From an uncultured Nitrososphaerota archaeon (GTDB lineage: Archaea > Thermoproteota > Methanomethylicia > Methanomethylicales > Methanomethylicaceae): DNA of 64,000 nt. The first letter of the stretch is position 1; every line of letters starts with the position of its first letter. Below are positions 40,250 through 49,407 of the stretch, one piece after another. The notes under the pieces were generated by a model. It did no database searches, had not been told where the DNA came from, and saw nothing but the letters and a program-made list of their open reading frames with translations. The stretch is from contig CAZWMA010000002.1 of assembly GCA_964634735.1 (NCBI GenBank), positions 5,652-69,651 of the forward strand, in the 5' to 3' direction. The translations under genes and the position numbers were made by a program.

Positions 40250-41512
40250 TTGTTGGCAGTGTCCGAGAGTAAGAGGAGTTCGTTGGAGATATTTCGCCTC
40301 AAGAAGCTTGCTGAGGAACTCCAGTCCAAGGAAGGCAAGGCAACTGAGCTCATCTCGCTCTACGTTCCTCCTGGAAGGCAGATATCCGACGCGATGAACA
40401 ACCTCAGAGAGGAGTTGGGAACCTCAGCCAACATCAAGTCAAAGTCAACAAAGAAGAACGTGCAGGATGCTATCGAAAGCATAATGCAGAGGCTGAAACT
40501 CTTCAGGATGCCGCCGCCGAACGGCTTAGTCATATTCTGCGGAGCGATACCGAGGGGCGGCCCTGGAACTGAAAAGATGGAGACTTACGTGATCGAGCCG
40601 CCGGAGCCGATCAGCCTTTACCTTTACAGATGCGACTCGAGATTCTATCTTGATCCGATACTCGACATCCTTACGGTCAAGGAGTACTATGGCTTGATAG
40701 TGATGGACAGGAGTGACGCGACCTTTGCGATGCTGAAGGGTAGGAGGGTCGAGATAATTGAGACAATATACTCAGGCAGCCCTAGCAAGCATGATGCGGG
40801 TGGTCAGTCAGCACGAAGGTTCCAGAGGAGCGTCGAGATTGCCGCCCATGAATTTTATAAGAGGGTATCGGAGCACGCATCAGCAATATTCCTCCCGGTC
40901 CTCCCTAATCTGAAGGGCATTCTGGTAGGCGGACCTGGCCCGACCAAGAGTGAGTTCGTTGACGATAAGCTTCTCCAGTACCAACTCCAGGATAAGATAA
41001 CGGCAGTGGAGGACCTAGGCTACACCGAAGAGCCGGGAGTCTATGAGCTCATCGAGAGGTCACAGGAAGCCCTAAAGAATGTGGATTTCCTGAAGGATAA
41101 GAAGCTCGTGCAGAACTTCCTCTACATTCTTGCAAAGAACCCCAGCAACGTAGCCTACGGTGAACAGGACGTCAGGGAGAAGCTGGAGAAGAACCTCGTG
41201 AAGACGCTCATATTGTCTACCGGCGTCGAGACCGTGCGGGTTAAATTTAAGTGTCAGACATGCGGAAACGTCAAGGAGGGCACATTCTCGAAGCAACAGC
41301 TCCTTGCCAAAAACGGCAGGGAAACGTGCGAGAAGTGTGGTGGCATGATGGATGAAGACGAGAGCAAGAGCATTATCGAGGAGCTTGCTGCTCTGACGGA
41401 GAATAGCAACGTTAAGGTTGAAGTGATATCAACCGACACGGATGAGGGGAAGATGCTTCTTAGCTCGTTTGGCGGCATTGTAGCTATACTGAGGTATGCA
41501 TCGCAGAATTGA
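40250..41512 (+). CDS. prf1: peptide chain release factor aRF1
   Basis: eRF1 family: NIKS-like motif (NIKSKSTKKN), GGQ motif (GGQSARRFQR) and C-terminal zinc ribbon; TTG start. Confidence 0.9.
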   Translation: MLAVSESKRSSLEIFRLKKLAEELQSKEGKATELISLYVPPGRQISDAMNNLREELGTSANIKSKSTKKNVQDAIESIMQRLKLFRMPPPNGLVIFCGAIPRGGPGTEKMETYVIEPPEPISLYLYRCDSRFYLDPILDILTVKEYYGLIVMDRSDATFAMLKGRRVEIIETIYSGSPSKHDAGGQSARRFQRSVEIAAHEFYKRVSEHASAIFLPVLPNLKGILVGGPGPTKSEFVDDKLLQYQLQDKITAVEDLGYTEEPGVYELIERSQEALKNVDFLKDKKLVQNFLYILAKNPSNVAYGEQDVREKLEKNLVKTLILSTGVETVRVKFKCQTCGNVKEGTFSKQQLLAKNGRETCEKCGGMMDEDESKSIIEELAALTENSNVKVEVISTDTDEGKMLLSSFGGIVAILRYASQN

Positions 41513-41537
41513 GCGGGCATCCAAAACGCTTTTCGCT

Positions 41538-42368
41538 TTAGTAGTTCATGCGTTTTGATTTTTCTATGGCAGCAGTGACCGCCTCTATCATTGCTGACGA
41601 TACGCCTTTAGCATCAATAACCTTCAAAGCCTCTTCGGTAGTTCCTCCTGGCGAAGCAACGAACCGAATCAGCTGGTCAAAGGACTCGTTGGACTGGATA
41701 GCCATGGCGCCGGACCCTTTGCAGGTCTGAGAGACAAGCGACCGTACCAATTGAGCTGGCAAGCCTGATCTCAACCCGACTTCTTCTAAGGCTTTCATAA
41801 CGTAGAAGAAGTAAGCAGGTCCGCTCCCGCTAAGCCCGGTAACTGCGTCAATCATCGATTCGTCATCAAGCCTATACCCTACGCCGACGCTATTCAGCAA
41901 CTTTGAGGCGAACTCGATATCGTCCTTGGTTGCATGCTTGTTTGTAACAAAGACGGATACGGCTTCATTGACCGCGGCTGCAATGTTTGGCATTACCCGT
42001 ATTATCCTTGCGCCGTCGCCTAATCTGGATTCCAAGTTCGAGAGTTTAATGCCGGCAGCGATGGAGATTGACAGTACCTTCCCTTTTGGCAGCACTGCCT
42101 TAAGTTGTTCCCCAAGTGAAGGGATGTCTTTTGGTTTTACAGCTATGAGGATCTGGCGGCATGAGGACATCTCATTGATCGATTTGGCGATGTTCATATG
42201 CGCATTGGCAGCGGCGCTTACACGTGTTGCATCCTGATCGTATACAATAATATCAGAAGGGGTTAAAAGAGTGGATTTTATCGCGCCCTTCACGATTGAA
42301 GAGCCCATCTTTCCATATCCTATTATTCCAAATGAGGGATGCCGCATCTTAGAATCTCCCTTTAGCAT
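41538..42368 (-). CDS. proC: pyrroline-5-carboxylate reductase
   Basis: N-terminal NAD(P)-binding GIIGYGKMG and a P5CR C-terminal domain. Confidence 0.8.
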   Translation of the reverse strand: MLKGDSKMRHPSFGIIGYGKMGSSIVKGAIKSTLLTPSDIIVYDQDATRVSAAANAHMNIAKSINEMSSCRQILIAVKPKDIPSLGEQLKAVLPKGKVLSISIAAGIKLSNLESRLGDGARIIRVMPNIAAAVNEAVSVFVTNKHATKDDIEFASKLLNSVGVGYRLDDESMIDAVTGLSGSGPAYFFYVMKALEEVGLRSGLPAQLVRSLVSQTCKGSGAMAIQSNESFDQLIRFVASPGGTTEEALKVIDAKGVSSAMIEAVTAAIEKSKRMNY

Positions 42369-43716
42369 CTTTTTTTAAGGGGCTATGCAGAAAAGCCTTG
42401 GCGCTTTTTCCAACATAGTCGCCAACTTTCTGCCCTGACCCAAGCAGGATGAATTTTGTTGTGACGAGACCTTCGAGACCAACCGGTCCTCTGGCATGGA
42501 CCTTATTCGTGCTTATCCCGACCTCCGCGCCAAGTCCGTAACGGTAACCATCGCTGAACCGAGTTGACGCGTTGTGCATAACCGTTGAGGAGTCGACCAT
42601 CCGGAGAAACTTCTTTGCGGAGGTGGTGTCCTCGGTTATTATCGAATCGGTATGCCTGGACCCGTAACGATTGATGTGGGCAATTGCTTCGTCCAATCCA
42701 TCTACGACCTTGATGGGCAGTATAAGCTCAAGGTATTCAGTTTCCCAGTCTTTCTCAGTTGCACGTTCAACAGTAAGACCATTGGCATCTAGCAGTGACT
42801 TCGACTTGGGGCAGCATTTTAATCGAACGCCACTCGTAATAAGGCGGGTCGCGATCTTCGGAAGGATCTTAGGAGCAGCCTCTGAGTCGATAAGAAGCAC
42901 CTTCATAGAGTTGCATGCGGCGGGATACTGGACCCGTGCATCGTTGCAGATCTCGATTGCCTTCTCTTGGTCGGCTTTCCTATCCACGAATATGTGGCAT
43001 ATTCCAGAGGAGTGACCTAGGACTGGAATGCGCGTATTATCCTGTATGAACTTCACGAATTCGTTGCTTCCCCGGGGGATTATCAAATCAACCTCCCCAC
43101 CCATCTTGAGGAGAGCGTCAACAGCTTCCCTTCCCTCAACAAGTTGAGTGCATCCTTTGGGGAGGCCTTCCTTCGTCAACGCCTCCGCGATTATGGAGTG
43201 TATCGCGCGGTTCGACTCTTTTGCTTCAGAGCCGCCTTTGAGTATGACTGAATTTCCAGACTTTATGCAGAGAGCAGCTATCTGCGGCAGTGCGTCAGGC
43301 CTTGCCTCAAATATTGAGACAACAACACCGAATGGGACGGTAGTTTTGAAGAGATCAAGCCCATCGTCCATCTTCGTTGAGTATATGACTTTTCCAACAG
43401 GGTCATCCAGCGCGGCTACGCTCTCAACCATCTTTGAGATCTCATTGATCTTCGAGTCGTCTAGCTTAAGCCGGTCGAAGAGCGCCTTTGAGAGCTTGCC
43501 TTGTTCAACAAGAGCTTTCGCCACACCCATATCCTTCTTGTTGGCGGCCAGCAGGAGGTCTTTGTTGGCGACTATGGATGTGGACGCGCGTTTTAGCGCC
43601 TGGGTCTTTAGATCGTCGGGCATCTGAGCCAATTCTAGGCTTGCGCCCCTTGCCTCAACCACCTTTTTTAGCAGAGGTGATTTGACTCCAGCCTTACTAG
43701 ATTTAGTCATGCTCAA
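42349..43716 (-). CDS. proA: gamma-glutamyl phosphate reductase (glutamate-5-semialdehyde dehydrogenase)
   Basis: ALDH-superfamily ProA-like sequence; overlaps proC and proB. Confidence 0.8.
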   Translation of the reverse strand: MSMTKSSKAGVKSPLLKKVVEARGASLELAQMPDDLKTQALKRASTSIVANKDLLLAANKKDMGVAKALVEQGKLSKALFDRLKLDDSKINEISKMVESVAALDDPVGKVIYSTKMDDGLDLFKTTVPFGVVVSIFEARPDALPQIAALCIKSGNSVILKGGSEAKESNRAIHSIIAEALTKEGLPKGCTQLVEGREAVDALLKMGGEVDLIIPRGSNEFVKFIQDNTRIPVLGHSSGICHIFVDRKADQEKAIEICNDARVQYPAACNSMKVLLIDSEAAPKILPKIATRLITSGVRLKCCPKSKSLLDANGLTVERATEKDWETEYLELILPIKVVDGLDEAIAHINRYGSRHTDSIITEDTTSAKKFLRMVDSSTVMHNASTRFSDGYRYGLGAEVGISTNKVHARGPVGLEGLVTTKFILLGSGQKVGDYVGKSAKAFLHSPLKKDAKGRF

Positions 43717-44530
43717 CCCTCGGCATGAATATCGTTCCGATTCGTTCTCCGTTAATTATACTTTCCAGAGCCATATGGAGCTTGCCGTTGGCGATTACCA
43801 TCGGTATGCCATTCTTAGCGGTTATCTTGCCAGCGCGGAGCTTTGTGACCATGCCGCCAAAACCACCATGCCGCTCAGATGCCAACTTCTCAATGCTCAG
43901 GCTTACTTCCTCGACGAATGGAATCAGCTTCGATGATGACGATGCAGGATCCCCGGTATATAGCCCGTCTATGTCAGACAGGAGCACGAGAAGGTCTGCT
44001 TTGAGGTTCACTGCAACGAGCGCCGACAGCGTATCATTGTCGCCAAACTTGATCTCATCGATGGCTATGGTGTCGTTCTCGTTTATTATTGGCACTACGC
44101 CCAAGGATAGGAGCGTCTCAAAGGTGTTTATGAGGTTCTTGGTTCGCTTCTTGTTCCTAAAGTCATCCCATGTGAGCAGGACCTGGGCTACGTTGTAACC
44201 TCGCTCATCCATGGCATCCCGGTATGATTCCATAAGCATGACTTGCCCAACTGCGGCGAATGCTTGGAGGCACTTTATCTCGCCGTTTTTTAGGTGCTCA
44301 CGCATTATTGCCTTTCCTGCCCGTATGGCACCAGATGATACTAGGATAGGATTAATGCCCTTCTCCCGAATAGCAACGAGCTCGTCACAGAGCGCGCCAA
44401 TTTTTCCTGCGTCCAAGAGACCTTGATCGTTTGAGAGTGATGATGAGCCTATCTTAACGACTACGAGCTTTGAGTTCTTAAGCGATGACCGGAGTTTCAT
44501 CTCGCTTGAATTGTCGCTTTGGAACGGCAT
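43703..44530 (-). CDS. proB: glutamate 5-kinase (no PUA domain)
   Basis: Amino-acid kinase family N-terminus VVKIGSSSL...; first gene of the proB-proA-proC order. Confidence 0.8.
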   Translation of the reverse strand: MPFQSDNSSEMKLRSSLKNSKLVVVKIGSSSLSNDQGLLDAGKIGALCDELVAIREKGINPILVSSGAIRAGKAIMREHLKNGEIKCLQAFAAVGQVMLMESYRDAMDERGYNVAQVLLTWDDFRNKKRTKNLINTFETLLSLGVVPIINENDTIAIDEIKFGDNDTLSALVAVNLKADLLVLLSDIDGLYTGDPASSSSKLIPFVEEVSLSIEKLASERHGGFGGMVTKLRAGKITAKNGIPMVIANGKLHMALESIINGERIGTIFMPRVEHD

Positions 44531-44654
44531 AATACCACACTCATTAATAGGACAATCAAAGAGCGGAGAAACAGAATTTTAAACGTTTTGACCGGGATCG
44601 ACAGAAAGCATCAAAAAAGAAGGTTGGAGGACCATGAATTGGTCCTTTAGCGAT

Positions 44655-45275
44655 TCAGCGCTTTGCTTCGAGCTTCTCTAGCAGCATGCGTATCTGCTTT
44701 ACCTCGCCTAGCATTGCAGACGTATCAGCGTCCACTTTTGTAGCTGATGACCCAAATAGAGGCCTCCCTTTTACGATGCCCAGAACAGCCTCCCGGAGTT
44801 CAAGGAAGTCCTCCACATGAATGAATGCGGCCTCGCTTCTTCGAATACGGCCACCTCCACTCCCGCCTGCTTGACCAGTATAGCCTGCGGTAAAAATGTC
44901 AACGGTTCCAATCTTAAGCTTCCTCGATATCGGACCCTGTATCGTATCTACGTTCATTACCCGCGAGTATGGAATGGCGTGGCGCATCTTCCACCACACG
45001 CCCATCTCCGCCCTTACTTCGTGCTCAGTCATAGTGTAGGTTATCGACTTGAAGAATTTCGGAATCCAATAGATGGTAAAGATGGTGGCAATAACTATCG
45101 GCAGATACCCTATCAACAAAATTACCATATAGAACAAGGCATCTTGGAAGTAAAGGAAGTTAACGATAAGAAGCGTTGTTACGATAGCGTAAAGCGGGAT
45201 TACAGTAAGGAGGAGGTATATGGAATAAAGCGCCATCATCTTAGGATGGGGATGGAAAGGCTCGCCGATCTTCAT
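44655..45275 (-). CDS. membrane protein with a bacterial PH (bPH_2/YdbT-like) domain
   Basis: Two N-terminal TM helices followed by a PH-like domain. Confidence 0.45.
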   Translation of the reverse strand: MKIGEPFHPHPKMMALYSIYLLLTVIPLYAIVTTLLIVNFLYFQDALFYMVILLIGYLPIVIATIFTIYWIPKFFKSITYTMTEHEVRAEMGVWWKMRHAIPYSRVMNVDTIQGPISRKLKIGTVDIFTAGYTGQAGGSGGGRIRRSEAAFIHVEDFLELREAVLGIVKGRPLFGSSATKVDADTSAMLGEVKQIRMLLEKLEAKR

Positions 45276-45685
45276 CTTGATTCCTCATGAAACAGTATTC
45301 GTTATGCAGAAATAAGCTTATCGTGGATGGTGTGTTATTGCAGGCACTGAAATTTTGGATGCGGCGCTCTGCGAATATGCAGCAGTTCGCACGTTTTTCT
45401 TAATAATAGTGTTGTTTTCAATTCGAGTAATGAAGCGTAACGACAATAAATTTATATATCATTATGATGACAAGGAAAGACTCCTTCAATGAGACGACCC
45501 TTGCCTCAAGCAAGGCATGACCACGATCGCATAGGACTCGTCTTCGGGAATTCGTGGTTGTGCACGGTCGCCTCCATTGCAAGGCTCTTACTTCCAACCA
45601 GCGCATCCTATGATGCGGTTGCATAACATCCATATGCCAAGGCTTATGAAACTATTAGGTATAGAAAAGAAGCAGGGACAAGCGA

Positions 45686-46210
45686 ATGTCACAAAAATCC
45701 GGAGCCACTGACAAACAAGCCTCTCAAGGAACACAAGGACGAGCATATGCCCACAGCGGAGAGTATGAGGAGCTTCTCGTTGCGACAAAGTCGGGAACCG
45801 AGATAGCTATCAGGATGAAGGAGTTCAGAATACCTTTTCAAGTATGCGAAGCGGACATAAGGGAACTCGATTACGACCTCCGTGAGAAGGAGTTCAAGGA
45901 GATCATTGAGCTCGTATTGGGGAAGGTAGTATTGCTTATTGGTGATAAGAAGCGGCTATCGGGAGTTGCGTGGATAAACAGGTATCCCGGATCGAGCAAA
46001 CCCGAAAAATTCCAAAATTTTGCCAATGAATTCTTTGACGTCGCACTCCCAAACGTCAGCAGCATAATCTTTGCGAAGACAAGGAACGGATGGAAGGTAG
46101 CAGGTTACAAGTTAATCGAGAATAACGAAGCAATCTATGAAAAACTTGCAGGCAGGTTGAAATACGCATTCGAGGAGAGCCAAGGATACATATACCGTAA
46201 GAAGGAGTAG
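45686..46210 (+). CDS. hypothetical protein
   Basis: 174-aa ORF in a lower-GC block; no recognisable motif. Confidence 0.35.
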   Translation: MSQKSGATDKQASQGTQGRAYAHSGEYEELLVATKSGTEIAIRMKEFRIPFQVCEADIRELDYDLREKEFKEIIELVLGKVVLLIGDKKRLSGVAWINRYPGSSKPEKFQNFANEFFDVALPNVSSIIFAKTRNGWKVAGYKLIENNEAIYEKLAGRLKYAFEESQGYIYRKKE

Positions 46211-46264
46211 TTGGATTCTGGATACTCAAACACGCAAGTGAGTCCGTCGCAGATCTTTATCGGC

Positions 46265-46843
46265 CTACTTATGGTTTCTTGCCTCGGACGCTTCGATTTT
46301 TTCAGCTATAAAGTCAACAAGACGTTCAATCTCTCTAAGGAAGATCTTTCCGAAATCCCAGAAGACGAAGACGACTATAGCCAAGACAAGAAACGGAAGG
46401 GCGACAGCCAAGTAAGATCCTATGCCCGGAATGCTGTTAAGGATGGGTATCAGGGCGACGGCAATAATCAACAAGATTACCATTATCAGGAGGTCGTAAG
46501 CGGCTCGTTTTGCGAGCGTTACGTGGTCGGAGGCAAGCCCCTTCAGCAGAACCCGGGTAAGCTTGGATTTTGGGTCCAACAATGCAATTATGTCCCCAAA
46601 TATGCTGTAGAGCAGAACCCCGACTATTGCCAATAGCATAATTGAAGCGGCGGTTATCAACGGGAAGTTCATAACAGGTATCGAAAATCCAAAAGATTGG
46701 AGAAGCGGGAGTATAAAATACCCAACAGCAAGTATGATGGCAAGCAAGAGGGTCCGAGAGAAGACTCGCGTAAGCCTCATTCGGAGCTCTTCGGAGGCAA
46801 TGCTACGTTGCGGCGAGGGGGCGGTCTCTGAAATTGTGCTCAC
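46265..46843 (-). CDS. integral membrane protein, hypothetical
   Basis: Four or five TM segments. Confidence 0.35.
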   Translation of the reverse strand: MSTISETAPSPQRSIASEELRMRLTRVFSRTLLLAIILAVGYFILPLLQSFGFSIPVMNFPLITAASIMLLAIVGVLLYSIFGDIIALLDPKSKLTRVLLKGLASDHVTLAKRAAYDLLIMVILLIIAVALIPILNSIPGIGSYLAVALPFLVLAIVVFVFWDFGKIFLREIERLVDFIAEKIEASEARNHK

Positions 46844-46959
46844 CGATAATTAAGAGGGGGAACTAAAAAATAACTGTTGTTGCCTAAAGACGCCCCCAAT
46901 TAATGCAAAAGCTCTGAAAAGATATATTTTATGCGAGGCAGAGAGATTAAACGATATTC

Positions 46960-48240
46960 TTGACCCTTGATGATTATTCTCCGATTGTTGGCGAGAAGGC
47001 AGTAGCCCAATTGAGGGAGCTTGGGAAGAGCCTTAATGGCAAAAAGGTGCTACACATAAATTCAACATTTGTTGGGGGAGGTGTGGCGGAACTTCTCAAG
47101 TCGATTACACGAATAATGGAAGGCGCCGGCGTGCCTACAGAGTGGAAGGTAATCAACGGTGACCAGGAATTTTTCGACGTGACCAAGGCGTTCCACAACG
47201 CGTTGCAAGGGTCCAAGATTACCATTACTAAGAAGATGACAGATAAGTATGAAGAAATAAACAAGCTTAATGCGGAAACAATGGACCTTGATAGGGATTT
47301 TGTATTCATCCACGACCCGCAGCCGGCACCACTCGTTGCGAAGAGGGGAAAAGATAGTGGTTGGGTATGGCGCTGCCACATAGACATCTCGAATCCAGAC
47401 AAGGCACTCTGGGAGTATCTGTCGAACTATGTCAACAGGTATGATGCGGCTGTTGTTCACGTCCCAGAGTATTCGAAGAGGGACTTGAAGATACCGCAGC
47501 ACATTATTCCACCATCAATCGACCCGCTTGCAGAAAAGAACATGGACCTTCCAGAAAGCTACGTGGAATCGGTTTTGAGGAAGTACGATCTTGATCCAGA
47601 TTTGCCCATAGTGACTCAAGTGTCGAGGTTCGATAAACTCAAAGACCCATTGGGAGTCATGGAGAGCTACGAATTGGCAAAGAAGGGGATTGAGACAGTT
47701 GATTTCAGGCACCTATTTGATGAAGACAAGTTTGCGTTCGACGTATTCAAGACTGTAAGGAATAGGATATTCTTCCAGCTATTGCTTGTGGGAGGGAGTG
47801 CAAACGATGATCCTGAAGGGGAGCGGTTTTATTCAGAGGTTTTCCGGAAGGCAATTACTGACAAGAATGTTCATGTCTTAATGCTGCCTCCGGATGCGCA
47901 TCGTGAGATAAACGCGATACAGAGAGGGTCTACGATAATAATTCAGAAAAGCATCAAAGAGGGCTTTGGGCTTACGGTCACTGAGGGGATGTGGAAGGGT
48001 AAGCCCGTGATTGGCGGTAAGACTGGAGGGATTGTGCATCAAATACAAGACTGGCGCACAGGGTTTCTGGTAAGTTCGCCAACTGAGGCGGCAGAGAGGA
48101 TGCTGTTTCTGTTGAGGAACCCCTTAATAGCGAAGAGGATGGGCAGAGAAGCCAAAGAGCATGTCAAGAAGAACTTCCTTGTTACCAGGCATGCATCGGA
48201 CTATCTGAATATGCTAAAAGGGTTGAAAGCGACTGAGTAG
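46960..48240 (+). CDS. treT: trehalose glycosyltransferring synthase TreT (GT4 family)
   Basis: Matches from memory to archaeal TreT: HINSTFVGGGVAELL, FFDVTKAFHNALQG, WRCHIDIS, PPSIDPL, REGFGLTVTEGMWKGKPVIGG. Confidence 0.8.
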   Translation: MTLDDYSPIVGEKAVAQLRELGKSLNGKKVLHINSTFVGGGVAELLKSITRIMEGAGVPTEWKVINGDQEFFDVTKAFHNALQGSKITITKKMTDKYEEINKLNAETMDLDRDFVFIHDPQPAPLVAKRGKDSGWVWRCHIDISNPDKALWEYLSNYVNRYDAAVVHVPEYSKRDLKIPQHIIPPSIDPLAEKNMDLPESYVESVLRKYDLDPDLPIVTQVSRFDKLKDPLGVMESYELAKKGIETVDFRHLFDEDKFAFDVFKTVRNRIFFQLLLVGGSANDDPEGERFYSEVFRKAITDKNVHVLMLPPDAHREINAIQRGSTIIIQKSIKEGFGLTVTEGMWKGKPVIGGKTGGIVHQIQDWRTGFLVSSPTEAAERMLFLLRNPLIAKRMGREAKEHVKKNFLVTRHASDYLNMLKGLKATE

Positions 48241-48382
48241 TAATCAAGATTAGAAGTAATTACAGGTTTTTTCCTCCAAGAATGGCAACATTACTACTGC
48301 GACTTCTCGTTAAAGAGTTGAAGCATTCATTATAAAAAACTTTATTTTAAGTTATACTATAGTAATATCAGAGGAATACCCT

Positions 48383-48613
48383 ATGGGCTATCTGTTGGGA
48401 TGCAGTAAAGGGCATACGTGGTGGCACTTTACCGACGTTCTGCCATGCCCTCAGTGCGGTTCAACTGTAATCGTAGCAATGTCAGATGAGAGGCCTAGCT
48501 CCAAATGCGAGTGCCCGAAGGGGCACACGTGGTGGACGGAGTACGAACTAGCGCAGTGCTCATTCTGTGGGAACAAGAATATCATAGTACATGGGAAATC
48601 AAAGAAAGCATAA
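48383..48613 (+). CDS. small zinc-ribbon protein with duplicated GHTWW-Cys modules
   Basis: Two repeats of C..KGHTWW...C..CG. Confidence 0.4.
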   Translation: MGYLLGCSKGHTWWHFTDVLPCPQCGSTVIVAMSDERPSSKCECPKGHTWWTEYELAQCSFCGNKNIIVHGKSKKA

Positions 48614-48822
48614 GGCGCTGTTGAGTGGGCATTAACCTGACCTACTCATCCCTTTTTTTGGATATGTGGTCTGATGATTAAATATAAGATTTTTAATAAC
48701 TAAAAACCTTTTTTGAGCGTTAACTATAATATTTTTATTTTCTAAAAAGCGTATGAAAATGGGAATCGCTAAAGCCTGATTAGAAAGCAACGTGTTAGGA
48801 TAGGATGGAAGGAGTGAGCTAG

Positions 48823-49401
48823 ATGATGCTCAGCAACGGCAAAATTGCAGGCGCCTTGCTCTTACTGGGCACCGGGCAATTTGTCATAATGATGCTAGTA
48901 GCCGAGGCGTTGTACCCCGGGTATAGCGTTTCTCATAATTTTATTAGCGATCTGGGTGTTGGAAGAACCGCACCGCTCTTCAACGGATCATTGATAGTAA
49001 CAGGAATAATGACATTGGTATCGGCCAGATACATTGACAGGAGTTTCGCATATCGACCATTGACAATGTTAATGGCGATTACAGGATTGGGGGCAATAGG
49101 GGCAGGGATCTTTCCGGAGAATACAGGGGTGCCGCACATAGCGTTCGCGGTTCTAGATTTTGGCTGTGGAACGCTCGTATCGTTGATAGCTGCCAAGGTA
49201 TGCCCTAATCCAATGAAAGTGTTCGGAGTCATCTCAGCCGGAGTGTCAGCCGTAACCATCATAATGATGATAAGCGGTTTCTACCTGGGGTTGGGCATCG
49301 GCGGCATGGAGAGGATGATTGCTTACCCCATGTTACTCTGGATGCTAGCATTCAGCGGATATATGATGGGGGCTAATCCAGGGCAAACAAGAAGAAGTTG
49401 A
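48823..49401 (+). CDS. DUF998-family membrane protein
   Basis: Multi-TM with the SDLG motif; paralog of the disrupted gene at 34135. Confidence 0.5.
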   Translation: MMLSNGKIAGALLLLGTGQFVIMMLVAEALYPGYSVSHNFISDLGVGRTAPLFNGSLIVTGIMTLVSARYIDRSFAYRPLTMLMAITGLGAIGAGIFPENTGVPHIAFAVLDFGCGTLVSLIAAKVCPNPMKVFGVISAGVSAVTIIMMISGFYLGLGIGGMERMIAYPMLLWMLAFSGYMMGANPGQTRRS

Positions 49402-49407
49402 CCTTGA

